Shown here one piece after another: positions 26,301 to 37,100 of a stretch of 64,000 nt of DNA. Position numbers and translations under genes: made by a program. The notes under the pieces were generated by a model, which ran no database searches, was not told the DNA's origin, and saw nothing but the letters and a program-made list of their open reading frames with translations. Each line of letters begins with the position of its first letter. Position 1 is the first letter of the stretch. This stretch comes from Botryllus schlosseri (lineage: Eukaryota): contig CM119385.1 in NCBI GenBank assembly GCA_051294905.1, positions 11,222,001-11,286,000 of the forward strand, written 5' to 3'.

Positions 26301-29300
26301 AATATTTTGGTACATGCCACCGTATATCCATCGTCTATATTTGATCAATGCAATATACATGTATTGTATTTGACACAAGCCTCCATGACAGATACATTGA
26401 CGATATTTTCCATTGAGTGCGATATAGTCAAATCTTATCCATTAGCATACGCAATATGGAGCACTTAGAATGTTTTGATATATCTTTCTCAAGCCACGTT
26501 AATACCCTTCCACGCGTGCAGTATTTTGCTTACATTGCTGAAGAGCACCATATAACAGCCCCAGTGTTGGTTTCCTTTGTAAAGTCGCTTCGCTCTTACT
26601 GAGATCCATTTACCATGCAGTTGAACCCATTCGTTAAACGTGGAATCAAATTCCTGGCACCAGCATCACTCAACTGTATTTTGACCTAGTATTACTTTGA
26701 GGACTTTCGTTCGATTCGGCGGAATAAGCTGTCGCTTTTCCCGACTCGAGGCTTTGTTTTCACGGGTAACGGATTTCACGGTATGCGGCATTCGCGGAAA
26801 AGCGATGATCGGACAATAAAAGTAAATCTCGGAGTAATCGTCGACATGCCTTGTTTAATGCAAAGCAAAACTAGTGCCGGTATGAATCAACACTGTAATA
26901 ACACGAACTTATTTTACAGCGCAAATCAGTAACGAAGTGAATGCCGACATCTCAAGCCCAACTTCGCCGCAATCTGAACCAGCGAGGTATGATTTTCATG
27001 ATTAATGAGACATTCATAGCAGTTGGGTAATTTCCTCAGACATTATCGTTACAATCATTGTCCTCTGGCATTTGATTATATCTACATCGGAATATGCTTT
27101 TCACACGGGCGCACGCACGATTTTAAAACTCAACAATGGTGATATAATAATTATTATAATTGGCGCTTCAATGTCAATTCTCGATTCGTAGTACGAAAAC
27201 GCTTGGATATGTTTTGAACTCTCCTGTGTCGATAAATCATTAGCCATCGACTTATGTTGTAATACAGATTAATGTTATTCCTTTGTTATACATAGAAGAC
27301 TATATACAGACAGGTCTAAGCAGCGGTACCATGTCATGCACGCCGTCGACAACATGACACACACCTCGGAATTTAACGCGTGAAGCGACACTCCGCGATC
27401 TCTCGGAAGTAAATTCCAGCCTACTACGGTTAAAATCTGTTATAGTCTGATATAAGATATTTCTGTTATCATAAATCTTTTCACGGCTGGGAACCTGGCG
27501 AAACTGCGATATTTCTATACTGGCGCGGAGATAACGTATAGAATTTCAATATTCGACATATCGATATATCTATCGCGGAAATTAGTACTGTACTTTCTGT
27601 TATATAATTTGAAGTGATGGGGGTAATTTTTAATATCCATCCAGTTACCTTATGCGTTTTTACCATACGTCCAACGCGCATGCTTCGCGAATGCCTTCTT
27701 TCGCAATCACATATATGATTAGTAGAGCGATTTTTTTAACAAGTCAAAATAAGTCGAAATTTTGTCAATATTGTAGCGTTAGGACAAAAAAGTGTCAAAA
27801 TTGTTTACAAAGTGAAGATAAGTAGTGCAATTCTAACATTATGTGCGAAAATACCTAATTTACATACATGAGAGCAAAATTTTGTCAAAATTAAGTTTTT
27901 TTAGGGTAAGAAATGTCAAAATCTTCCGTTTTCAGGTAACAAAATCGCCCTAATTATTGGATAACCACATTCAGAATAGTTTCGGTACGGGCATAAGATC
28001 TGTTGATACTGTGATAAGGCCAAATTATCAAACAATGTATAACCAAATTTTGGCTTTGATTAACGGATCGGCATCGATATACGTTAAAATATCTCCTCTA
28101 AAGTCTAAACACGCAAGTCTCTGAGATGAATCACAACTACCGGGCCGATAAGTTCATTGATAGCGATCGTTTTGAACTACTCAAAACAACAACAGTCGAA
28201 TTCCGATTGCACGGCGCTCGCGCGACCTCATTTGAATCATCGACTATGCCCAGAAACATCAATGCGTGTTCTTCGATTCAGGGATAAACAAATGGTTTCA
28301 CCGCCGTCGCGGCGCGCGAGGAAAATGCTCCACCCGCGAGCGGCGAGAGACAAGGCCATGTCTGATTCATCGAATTCCGATATGGACGGCGATTACCGAA
28401 GAAACGTACAGGTACACCAGCACCATCATATCGCATTTCTGAAGAGATATATACCCTGCTATGTACTTAAATTACGCAAGGCACAGCTTAGCGCTATCCG
28501 CGATCGGCTGATACGATGTGCCTGATAAAACTAGTAAATCCAGATGTCTCAAAACTCACCTAAGTATGATACCAATTTCTCTGTAAGCGATGCAATTTGT
28601 TGTTGTCGCAAAATCTGTCATCTTGATTGATCAGTATGTTAGTAATGTCGGCTTTCTTGTTCAGAGTGAGACGTTGAAGCAGAAAGATGAATATTTGGAG
28701 CCGTGTGATCCTCGCGACACAAGGGCGAGCGGTGATTCCTCGAAAGAAAGGTAAACAGTTTTGAAACATGTTCAAACTGCTTGATTACTGCTATGTGCCG
28801 CACAAAAGCCAAAAACGAAAGTGGATCACGTTATAAGTCGACAGCCCGGAAATAAGCAATAAGAATGTCGACCATGTATTAAAAAGACGAATGATTTACC
28901 CAAAAATAACTTTTTTCCCCAGATTTCAGTGATTCACTGATTAAATTGTCAGGTTACCCTAGAAAACGCTGCACACCAAATTTGGTTCAATTCTAGGTGT
29001 AAGCCGCCGCAGAGCCAAGTTAAATTTTTATTTTATTATGTAAAATTTGAGGAGCTTCTTGGAGGTACATCAATTTTTTCTGTCAACCCCATGAAATTGT
29101 CGAGTTGTCTTCAAAAACGATGCAAAACAAATTTGACTCACTTCCAACCTGTAGAAGTGAAGTTATTGCAGTTGCAAGTTCTGGATGGCATTGACGATGA
29201 GTTATCCTGGAATTATTTATGAAAAACTCAAATAACAGCAAACCATATATTGCGAAAAAGTAGAAGCGCTGATCGTTACTGATCTCCCCTGCTCTTACCC

Positions 29301-32300
29301 TAATGTACTGCAATGTTTCGGCCTACAGATTTAAATCAAATTATTATCATTGTTGCTTTGCCGTGCGCACGTTTACTGCATGGCAGCTAGTAACCATTAC
29401 ACACTCCCAGGTCCCAGCCCAATCGCTAGATTTGGCATGCAATACGCAGCTTTGCGCCATTCGGTAATTAAGCAACAGTGCGGCAATGATACCATCTTCA
29501 TGACGTTCTCATGGAAGCCCGCGGCCAGGATCGGATTGTACTGGTAACGGGCTTTTCAACGTGTAAATGCAATAAAAACAAACATTCGCAGAGCTATCAC
29601 ACCGCCATGTTCGACATACACTCTCGCGTTACACACGGCAGTTCACCGCCACCGCTATCAGTGCCAGTCGAAAGCAAATTAGAGCCTGTCAATCGACACT
29701 TGAGCTGGCACTGTTAATTATACCGCCTCGGAATTCCGTCGGAATTTTCGGGAAGATAGCTTATCATCCGAACAACCGTGTATTTCAGGGGTAGACGCAT
29801 GAATCCTTATCGCTCAAAGCAAGCTCGTGACAGATTGGATTCGTCGGGATTGAGTAGTCTGCATCGCGAAAAATACAAGGCACTCGTGTCGCTGAACGCA
29901 CAGACGCTGAAGAAGGTATTGAGCAGCAATCTCAAGTCCGCCTACCCGTCCACGATTTATGAGATTTTAAATCTCTAATTTTGCAGATAACGGAGAAATG
30001 GTTGAAAGAATGGAGAAACAAACTGCCGGTCGGGGGATTTCTCATCACGTCATGGGCGGACATCGTGATAGCATCCAAACATCCGCAATGTACGATCGGG
30101 AAAACGGTGATTTACGAGTCTTACTTCGCCACAAACCCGGAACATAGATTGGCGTGTCAGGTAATGTATACAAATGATACCGCGCAGATATTTCCTGTGT
30201 CGCGCGTAACGGATGGCTGACATCGCATTAAGAGGCGACTCCGAACACCCCAATATCTACTCAGAAAATTATTCGTTTATTTAATTTTAGGGTTTTATTA
30301 TTACCATGCGAATAAACTAATTTGTTCGAATGTTTAAGAAAATCTGCACCCAGAAAGAAATTAAGTTTTTAAGGTCCGCCTACGTGAAAAACTTAATAAC
30401 TTCTGTATCTGCAACCGCACTTTTTAGCTAGGTTTGGTTCGATTTTAAAGTAGTTAGAGAGTATTTTAACAAAATCCGACTCCAGCCAGTGTGTGTTTTC
30501 CCACCTCCGACCCCAAAGGGTGTTAAAAAATTATGTGGCTTATGCTTCGTCAAGAGAAATTTAACGAAAATCTGACCCTGACTCGATAATTCTGCTCTGT
30601 TTGATGTTCAGTGCATCAAACAGTATCAGTTTATTAATATTTTCGTCATTTCAAAACACCGCAAAACTGCGATAGAATGAAATGACCTATCATCAGTTGC
30701 GTTTCACTGGCTAAAGCCCGGACAGATCACTGCTCCTATGCCAGCTAGAGCTCACTCTTTACGCATCTTCCACCCACGATTCCAAACATCTCTCTCCAGA
30801 TCTTCGACAGGAAAGACGTCAACGCCCGCCTCATCGCGCAACTGGAAAACTGTTCCACCTTGACCGCGCACCCGACGCTGTGCAGCGTGTGCAGTCACTT
30901 CTACTGTAAAGTACCGGGTTCTCTGCTATATCCGCCACGGGAGGAAAGTCACGTGGAAGCCCTGTGCGTGGTGTTGTCGAACGTTCCGGCAGCTTCCCTG
31001 GCGACTTATATAAGCCGATTGCGAGAAGTCAAAGATCCCAAACAGAAACACAAGTACGTCATGTTTGTGTTTTTTGTTACGAGATTCTAACCTCGATAGT
31101 AAGAGGTGGATATAGGCCTACCAATGATGTGACTTTTGGCGAAGGTGGTGAAACTAGTCATCGTTGGTATACTCAAGTCGAAGTCAGTCAAATGTAATAG
31201 TCTAGTATAGACTTTCTCCGATACATGACACTTTTGATATATCGTGCGATTTATATGATACAAGTATATGCTATGTCGCGACACGCCACAAAACCATATG
31301 AGTTCCAACAGTTCAGCGCATCGCAAAATACAAACAGACCAACGTATGTTACCCATTCCCGAACTCCTGTAGCGATACACTGTTGTATTAGCTAACTATA
31401 TGCTATTACTGCTATGTGCCCATAGTCCCCACCAAAATATATAACTCGTCCGTATGCTCTAATTTTAATCCATAGCTCCAGCTGCTAAATCCCAACAGTT
31501 CCATCGCACGATGGCAGCACCACCTTTATTATTACACAATCATCGTCACGGCTACCACGAATGATCATACCCGAAATGTTATCCTATGTTGCAGAATTTG
31601 TTCTATCTTGCGGTTCTTACTTGTAAATCGGTTTTTGCCCACATTTTGGTATATCGATCGCTCATTCTAGTCCGTGACGTACCTGGCCTCAGAGGCGAAA
31701 AGCGTCACTCAACTTTTCATCAATCTGTAACCCTTGCCAATTCTTCATCTACTGCAATTCTGTAATCTGACTTCTCCATGTATTGCATAGGAATAACAAT
31801 TTGACTGCATTACTGAAATTTTAAAAAATTTACTCCAATCTCGCCATTTTCCTTTGGGTGCAGGTTGCTCCCCGGATTATGTGTGTATTGACCAGTTTCT
31901 TACTGTGAATAAAGAATAATAATAATACTATCATTTACAGACAAATTCTCCTGATGCTCCTGCAACTCCTGCAAGCGATGGACAACCTGTCCCGGTCCGG
32001 ATTCCCCCCGTCGAACATCACAGTCGACAACCTCATCGTCACCCAAGACATGGGTCTCCTGCAGGTCATGCCGCACATGGACGCCTTGGACCACTCCGCA
32101 AACGGCCCAGTCAGACCGAAAACGATGGTCAGCCAGTTCTCGGGCGTGCTGTCCTGGACTTTACAAATGGCCCTTGATCACGAAGGCATGTCCACCCCGT
32201 CTTTTCCGCTGTACTCGTATCTGTCCGCGATTCTACGCATTTCCCGCGCCATCGTAAACAGCACACAAGAGCTAGAAGTAGGTGCGCTGCAGCGGCTGGT

Positions 32301-32541
32301 GCAGTGCTCTTTGTGGGGCCCGAAGTCACGCGGAGAAGTGAGCGTGGCCAATGAGGAAACTTTCGACACGCTCTCTGCCTGGATTGAGGTGAAGCAAGCC
32401 GAGCTGGTTAATGATATAGCCGTGCTGTTCACGGCAAAGTCGGACGTGTTCCCGATTTACTTGTTTTATAAGCACGAGTATTTCTCGCGGATAGACCCGC
32501 GGACATTGTTTCAGAATCTCAGAGTGCTAGGGAGAATTTAA
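20302..32541 (+). CDS. PEAK-family (PEAK1/PRAG1-SgK223-like) pseudokinase scaffold with SHED-like helices, ~1251 aa, 9 exons
   Basis: Phase-consistent exons 20302-21292, 23140-24465, 26920-26986, 28282-28411, 28665-28750, 29789-29915, 29987-30160, 30800-31053, 31941-32541 (3756 nt incl. stop). KYKALVSLNAQTLKKITEKW resembles the SHED N1 helix; LQRLVQCSLWGP, WIEVKQAELV and KHEYFSRIDPRTL resemble the PEAK C-terminal helices; long S/P-rich N-terminus. Start codon and exact orthologue unverified. Confidence 0.8.
22445..22859. mobile_element. 415-bp non-autonomous hAT element
   Basis: TIR TAGGGTTGCATTTAAA / TTTAAAAGAAACCCTA, TTTAAAC subterminal repeats, perfect 8-bp TSD TGTATAGT. Confidence 0.85.
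27723..27952. mobile_element. 230-bp MITE of the TAGGGC hAT family
   Basis: Ends TAGAGCGATTTT / AAAATCGCCCTA; flanks ATGATTAG / ATTATTGG (6/8); both halves match the ends of 5592-6462. Confidence 0.75.
28890..29250. mobile_element. Partial copy of the long-TIR (C/T)AGGGCTGTTCAAAAA hAT MITE family
   Basis: CCCAGATTTCAGTGATTCACTGATTAAATTGTCAGGTT...AAACGCTGCACACCAAATTTGG matches 43885, 59159 and 61468 copies; boundaries approximate. Confidence 0.5.
30623..30750 (-). mobile_element. Short L2/CR1 family A 3' fragment
   Basis: GTATCAGTTTATTAATATTTTCGTCATTTCAAAACACCGCAAAACTGCGATA is nearly identical to 33597-33650 and is the reverse complement of the 8705-8760 LINE tail. Confidence 0.55.
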
Positions 32542-32555
32542 GCCTGTGAATGACA

Positions 32556-33115
32556 CATAGGTGGTCATAGTAATCAACATCTGTACTTTCGTACAAGTAG
32601 AAGTAACGGTGAAATATCTTCTGAGTTACAGGTAGAAGTATCAATTTCCAAGACAAGTCAAAACTAGTTCAAGTTGAAGTAGAATATGGAAGATCTGAAA
32701 AACGTTCAAGTGTTGAGCTCCAAAAGCTGGATTTGATCTTGAGGTCGCATAATTCTTCAGTTAATCGGAGGTGGCAATTATGCTTTCGCAATTGCAGGAT
32801 GAACTTCGCGATTACCGAAAAATGACAAATATCATTATGCGAATCCGTACAGCCTTCGCAAGCATATTCACTTATTCAGTTACCGTGATGCGGAGTTACA
32901 GAAGCTATTTCAAACTGTTCTCAAGTCAATTTCACTCACAAAAGGGATGCGAATCCACCCAAGACTACTTCCAACTTTAAAATATCCAAATTACAAAAAG
33001 TAAATAGTGTTGCTACACTTGTAAGCTGGAAGTGGAAGTGTTGCGAAAACATAAACACATGGTAAGTAGAGCAAGTAGGCAACACTCCGAAAAACTTCTT
33101 TACTGACCACCTCTG
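32556..33115. mobile_element. 560-bp Tol2-like hAT element just after the PEAK-like stop codon
   Basis: Ends CATAGGTGGTCA / TGACCACCTCTG; flanks GAATGACA / GAATGACC (7/8 TSD). Confidence 0.8.
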
Positions 33116-33596
33116 GAATGACCATAGTTTCTAATTAGGTCCGTGTATGAAATGCTATTTCTGCGTGCTTGATAGTAGCGGACCTTGTTTTGTCGCCTTG
33201 CACTGGCATTATTTGCAGTGATATCTTTTTTTTTCGCTCTTCTTTCGATCGTAAACCGCCATAAAAGTACAGTTTGGTGGACCAAATGTGAATTAACATG
33301 TAATAGTGTACACTTATTACTGTACCAGTAGCGTTTTTGAAATTTGTTCTACACTGTATGAAATGGGAATAAAAATGTATCAGGCTTTGCATGAATGTAG
33401 GTTCCTAAATTCTCGCGTCGCCTCAGGCCCACATATAGGCTACGCCAGGGCTAGCATGTGACTACCGCACCATCCACCAAGCTGGCAGAGAGTTGTAACC
33501 GCAACGAATTTCGAAACTCTTAGACCTGGTGTAAAAGGCCATAGTAACCGATCACAATACTAACAACATCAACCAATAATTGAGGATGCAACGGTA

Positions 33597-34148
33597 GTAT
33601 CAGTTTATTAATATTTTCATCATTTCAAAACACCACAAAACTGCGATACAATGAGAAGATAGGAAAGTGTCGAAACGACTTGGATTGGTCTTTGGGATCA
33701 GATAGATCAGTGGTTCCCAACCTTTTACGACTCATCGCCCCCTTTTCAAGCTCAACGCCGATCATCGCCCCCCAGATTTCGTGAACCGAAAAATCGGTAT
33801 ACAATCTGTGATCATCGGCGGGTTGACTAGAAAAAAAAAGTCAACTTTTCGGCTCGATGTCGAATTTTACACTTTTTCAACTAAATTTCCGTGGGTTGAC
33901 TAAAAAAAAAAAAGGTCTTTTCTCCGACTTGACTCCTATATAGCAGTTTTAACGCATCATCGCCCCCTTCGCCATTTTCGCCCCCTAGGCCGCCAAATCG
34001 CCCCCTGGGGGCGATATCGCCCACGTTGGGAACCACTGAGATAGATCATTGGCCTATATGCGAAGTAGAGAAGAGGCATGCACACTGAATTGAAATTAAA
34101 GCAGAGAATATTAAAGGCAAGCGACAAAATGAGATGGCATGTGAAGGC
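33597..34148 (-). mobile_element. L2/CR1 family A 3'UTR fragment, split by a hAT MITE
   Basis: 33597-33707 and 34039-34148 are reverse-complement matches to the 3'UTR of the 8330-8773 copy. Confidence 0.65.
33708..34038. mobile_element. 331-bp Charlie/Buster-type hAT MITE
   Basis: Perfect 14-bp TIR CAGTGGTTCCCAAC / GTTGGGAACCACTG, ATCGCCCC subterminal repeats, perfect TSD AGATAGAT. Confidence 0.92.
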
Positions 34149-37100
34149 ATACCGGTCGTAGTTCTGCGGGACCCGGGTTTAATTCTGTTCGACAAAATTC
34201 AATCATGATCCTGGTTTCGTATCTACTGTCAAAACCCGAATCCGAAATATCATGTTCAAGGCTCATGAGCAACGATGGCACATGTTGTCGTTAATTTTCC
34301 AGTTGCACCTTGGCTGTGCATTCAAATTTGCCACCAAGGATACTACGAAGTTGCGGTGGAATGCGGGGACCAGAAGAGTTTATGTAGCCTACAGTACATT
34401 CAAAACGTCGAAGTAAACGAATAAAATGCCACTTTCATGAATTAGAAATTCATAATCCTGTCCGGATCCGGCACTCGGGTAAAATCAGGAATCTCGATCT
34501 AATCAGCAAAACTTGGTTAGATTGCTGGCGGGTTTGAATCCAAAATCTTGACCCTGTACTGTACATCTCTAACACACTATATAGATTACTAACTTACGGT
34601 TCGTAATCTATAAACAGTAAACACACGCTACACGTAGGCTACATTGCAATGTATAGCTTGTTGTTACTGCCATCAAGTGACAAGCATCGAAGTCATTCAA
34701 TGAACACTTGATGAGTTGATGCGTAAAAATAAAGACCGTTAAAACCTTTTGCGTTATCTTCGATCGCTCGCTTTGTTAGGATGTCTTTCGCGAAGGCAAC
34801 GTGAACGATTGACGCTCACCCTCGCTACCTATCAGTGTAAATGTGTATTCAGATTCTAATGCAGACCGAGGAGTTGAATTAAGTATCAATTACTTGGTAG
34901 CAACAACTCCTATCCTGGGAGATTATGGTAAGAGAGGTGACGGAAATTTTCGATAACTGATATATGACGTCACACGAGTCGAAAGGTATCACTATTATAT
35001 GTCTGTGTGAATCCGAGTTAGTGTTTGTGATCTATCTATGAGTCTCATGGTCATAGGATTGCATGGGTTATAACTTACAAGTGAATTTGGCACATACCAA
35101 GTGCCGAGTGCCGGATTCGCCAAGTGGCGAATTCAGCAAGTGCCGTATATCACAATTCACGCTCATTCAGGGAAACATTCATTTTCAAATTTAATAATAC
35201 AGTATTGAATTGATGCATCGCTTTCATAATAATGATAATAATAGGTTATGTATTTCTAATGCCAAATTCACTGTTAACGGTATGATTACGTAACTGAAAC
35301 TGTAAACAAATCGAGTGTAAACCTTGAAACGTTACGAGTGCGGATTACGGGTGCCTCATTTTAAAGATTATTTTACTTCAGTATACCACCACAAACAACT
35401 TCAGTATATGGAGTGGACCGAACCTTGAACAAAGTGACCAGACGTCACAGTGACCTCATTCTATAAAACATGGCTTCATTCAACGGCGAGAAACTATATT
35501 GAATTGTGCGAGCCATATTAAATCTCAAACAGCTAGACGTGCCTGTTGTAAGACTTCGGCACAATAAGCTCTTATTTAGGCCATCAATTGAAGTTGAGAT
35601 GGTAAATAGTATACACAAGAAAACGCGTGCTTTCTTGGTGCGCTGATCAAATACCGGTCATTCGTAGTTTGAATTAACCGACGTACATGAACCAATTGAG
35701 TATCATGAATTGAAGCTGTATGTTTACTAGTCACGGGAATCATTTAATGGGTTGGAATTAATTTTATCCTAGACTAGATATTCCTAGCTGTAAATTTGGT
35801 TGTCACGAATTCCTTCTTCCATATGGTGATCGGTGATACACCCTACAAACTTTGAATCGTTAATAGCTGATCCGATTGCTCTTTGTCTTCATGCCTATAA
35901 TTGTATGTGATCCCATAACAATATAGTACTAATAAGAGTCATTTATGATTGGAAATATCTTCACCTAACTGAGGAAATGCAATATACAGTGAAATCATTG
36001 TGTGCCTTGAAGACAAGAGTACAATTAGCTGATCTATCAAGCGGCCCCTGCTCACAGATTAAAATCTCCATTCTACGATTTAATCGACAGCATCACCAAA
36101 ACTAACTTTCATCCTTCATTTTGAAAAATTGGTTATGAGGATGAACAACTTCCAACTGTCTATTTCTTCGGCCACTTCAAAATCGAATAAATCAATAATA
36201 ATAATCGTCAGATTATATTTTCATCTGCCCAAGACACACACACAATGTACAATGCGATATACAAGACACACAATGCGATGTAATGAACAGATAGGGGATG
36301 CCGAACGACCAACCAGTTGGGGTCTCTGAAACTGGCATCCACCGCGACCTATGCCCGATGTCACAGTCTTCTTCGATATTATTCTTCGTCGGTCCTTTTT
36401 AGAAGCTATTTTTGCTATTTTTCTTTCTTTATCGTGTCTTTTTTCTAGGCTTTTTTTCGCCGTAAGAACAGTGACACAGGGAACGAGGGGCCCAGAAAAA
36501 CCTCCAACAGCGGGAATGGAACCTGGTCGCCTGCGTAGATGGCGCCGATGCTCACAACTACGCTATCTCCCCCAAATGATAACCTTTTGAATAGTTTCGA
36601 TTTCATGTTTCACTTATAATCGTCATTAATGCGGCCTGCGATGAGATTCATATTCTGAATGCGGCCCGCGAGATAAAACGTTTGTCAACCCCTGCTGAAT
36701 ATTGCAGGCCCATATGTAACAACATATAATTTCGGCAAGCCTGTTGAGACCCATACACTCGACCAAGACCCCGGGGTGGAGATTCCTATTGTATAAATAT
36801 TGTAATGCATCATATTCTCATGCGTAAGGCGTTCATGTACCAGATTGATACTCTATCAATTCCGGTTCACCTCAAAGGTTTAACAGTCAAAACAAATGGT
36901 GGAATGTCGTGAACTTGGATACTGTTTCTCATTGATTTCTCTCATTGACAAGAATTTATTGCAGTGTTTAAATTTAACGGGGTGCCGATATATCATCAAT
37001 GACCGTTTCATGATCGCCTTAGCAATGGGTGCAGTTTTGACCATTTACATTGTACATAGAAAGGGCGGTTAAATTTAATATAGGCCTATACGAGCTCGAT

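Noticed and set aside
26064-26602. Cluster of short ORFs with a possible frameshifted Y-x-DD RT-like motif
   Set aside because: No other RT motifs could be recovered by eye; too weak to call a retroelement.
29511-29717. ORF with an acceptor-like CAG at 29591 inside the PEAK-like gene
   Set aside because: Hits a stop with no phase-compatible donor; exons 28665-28750 and 29789 join in frame without it.
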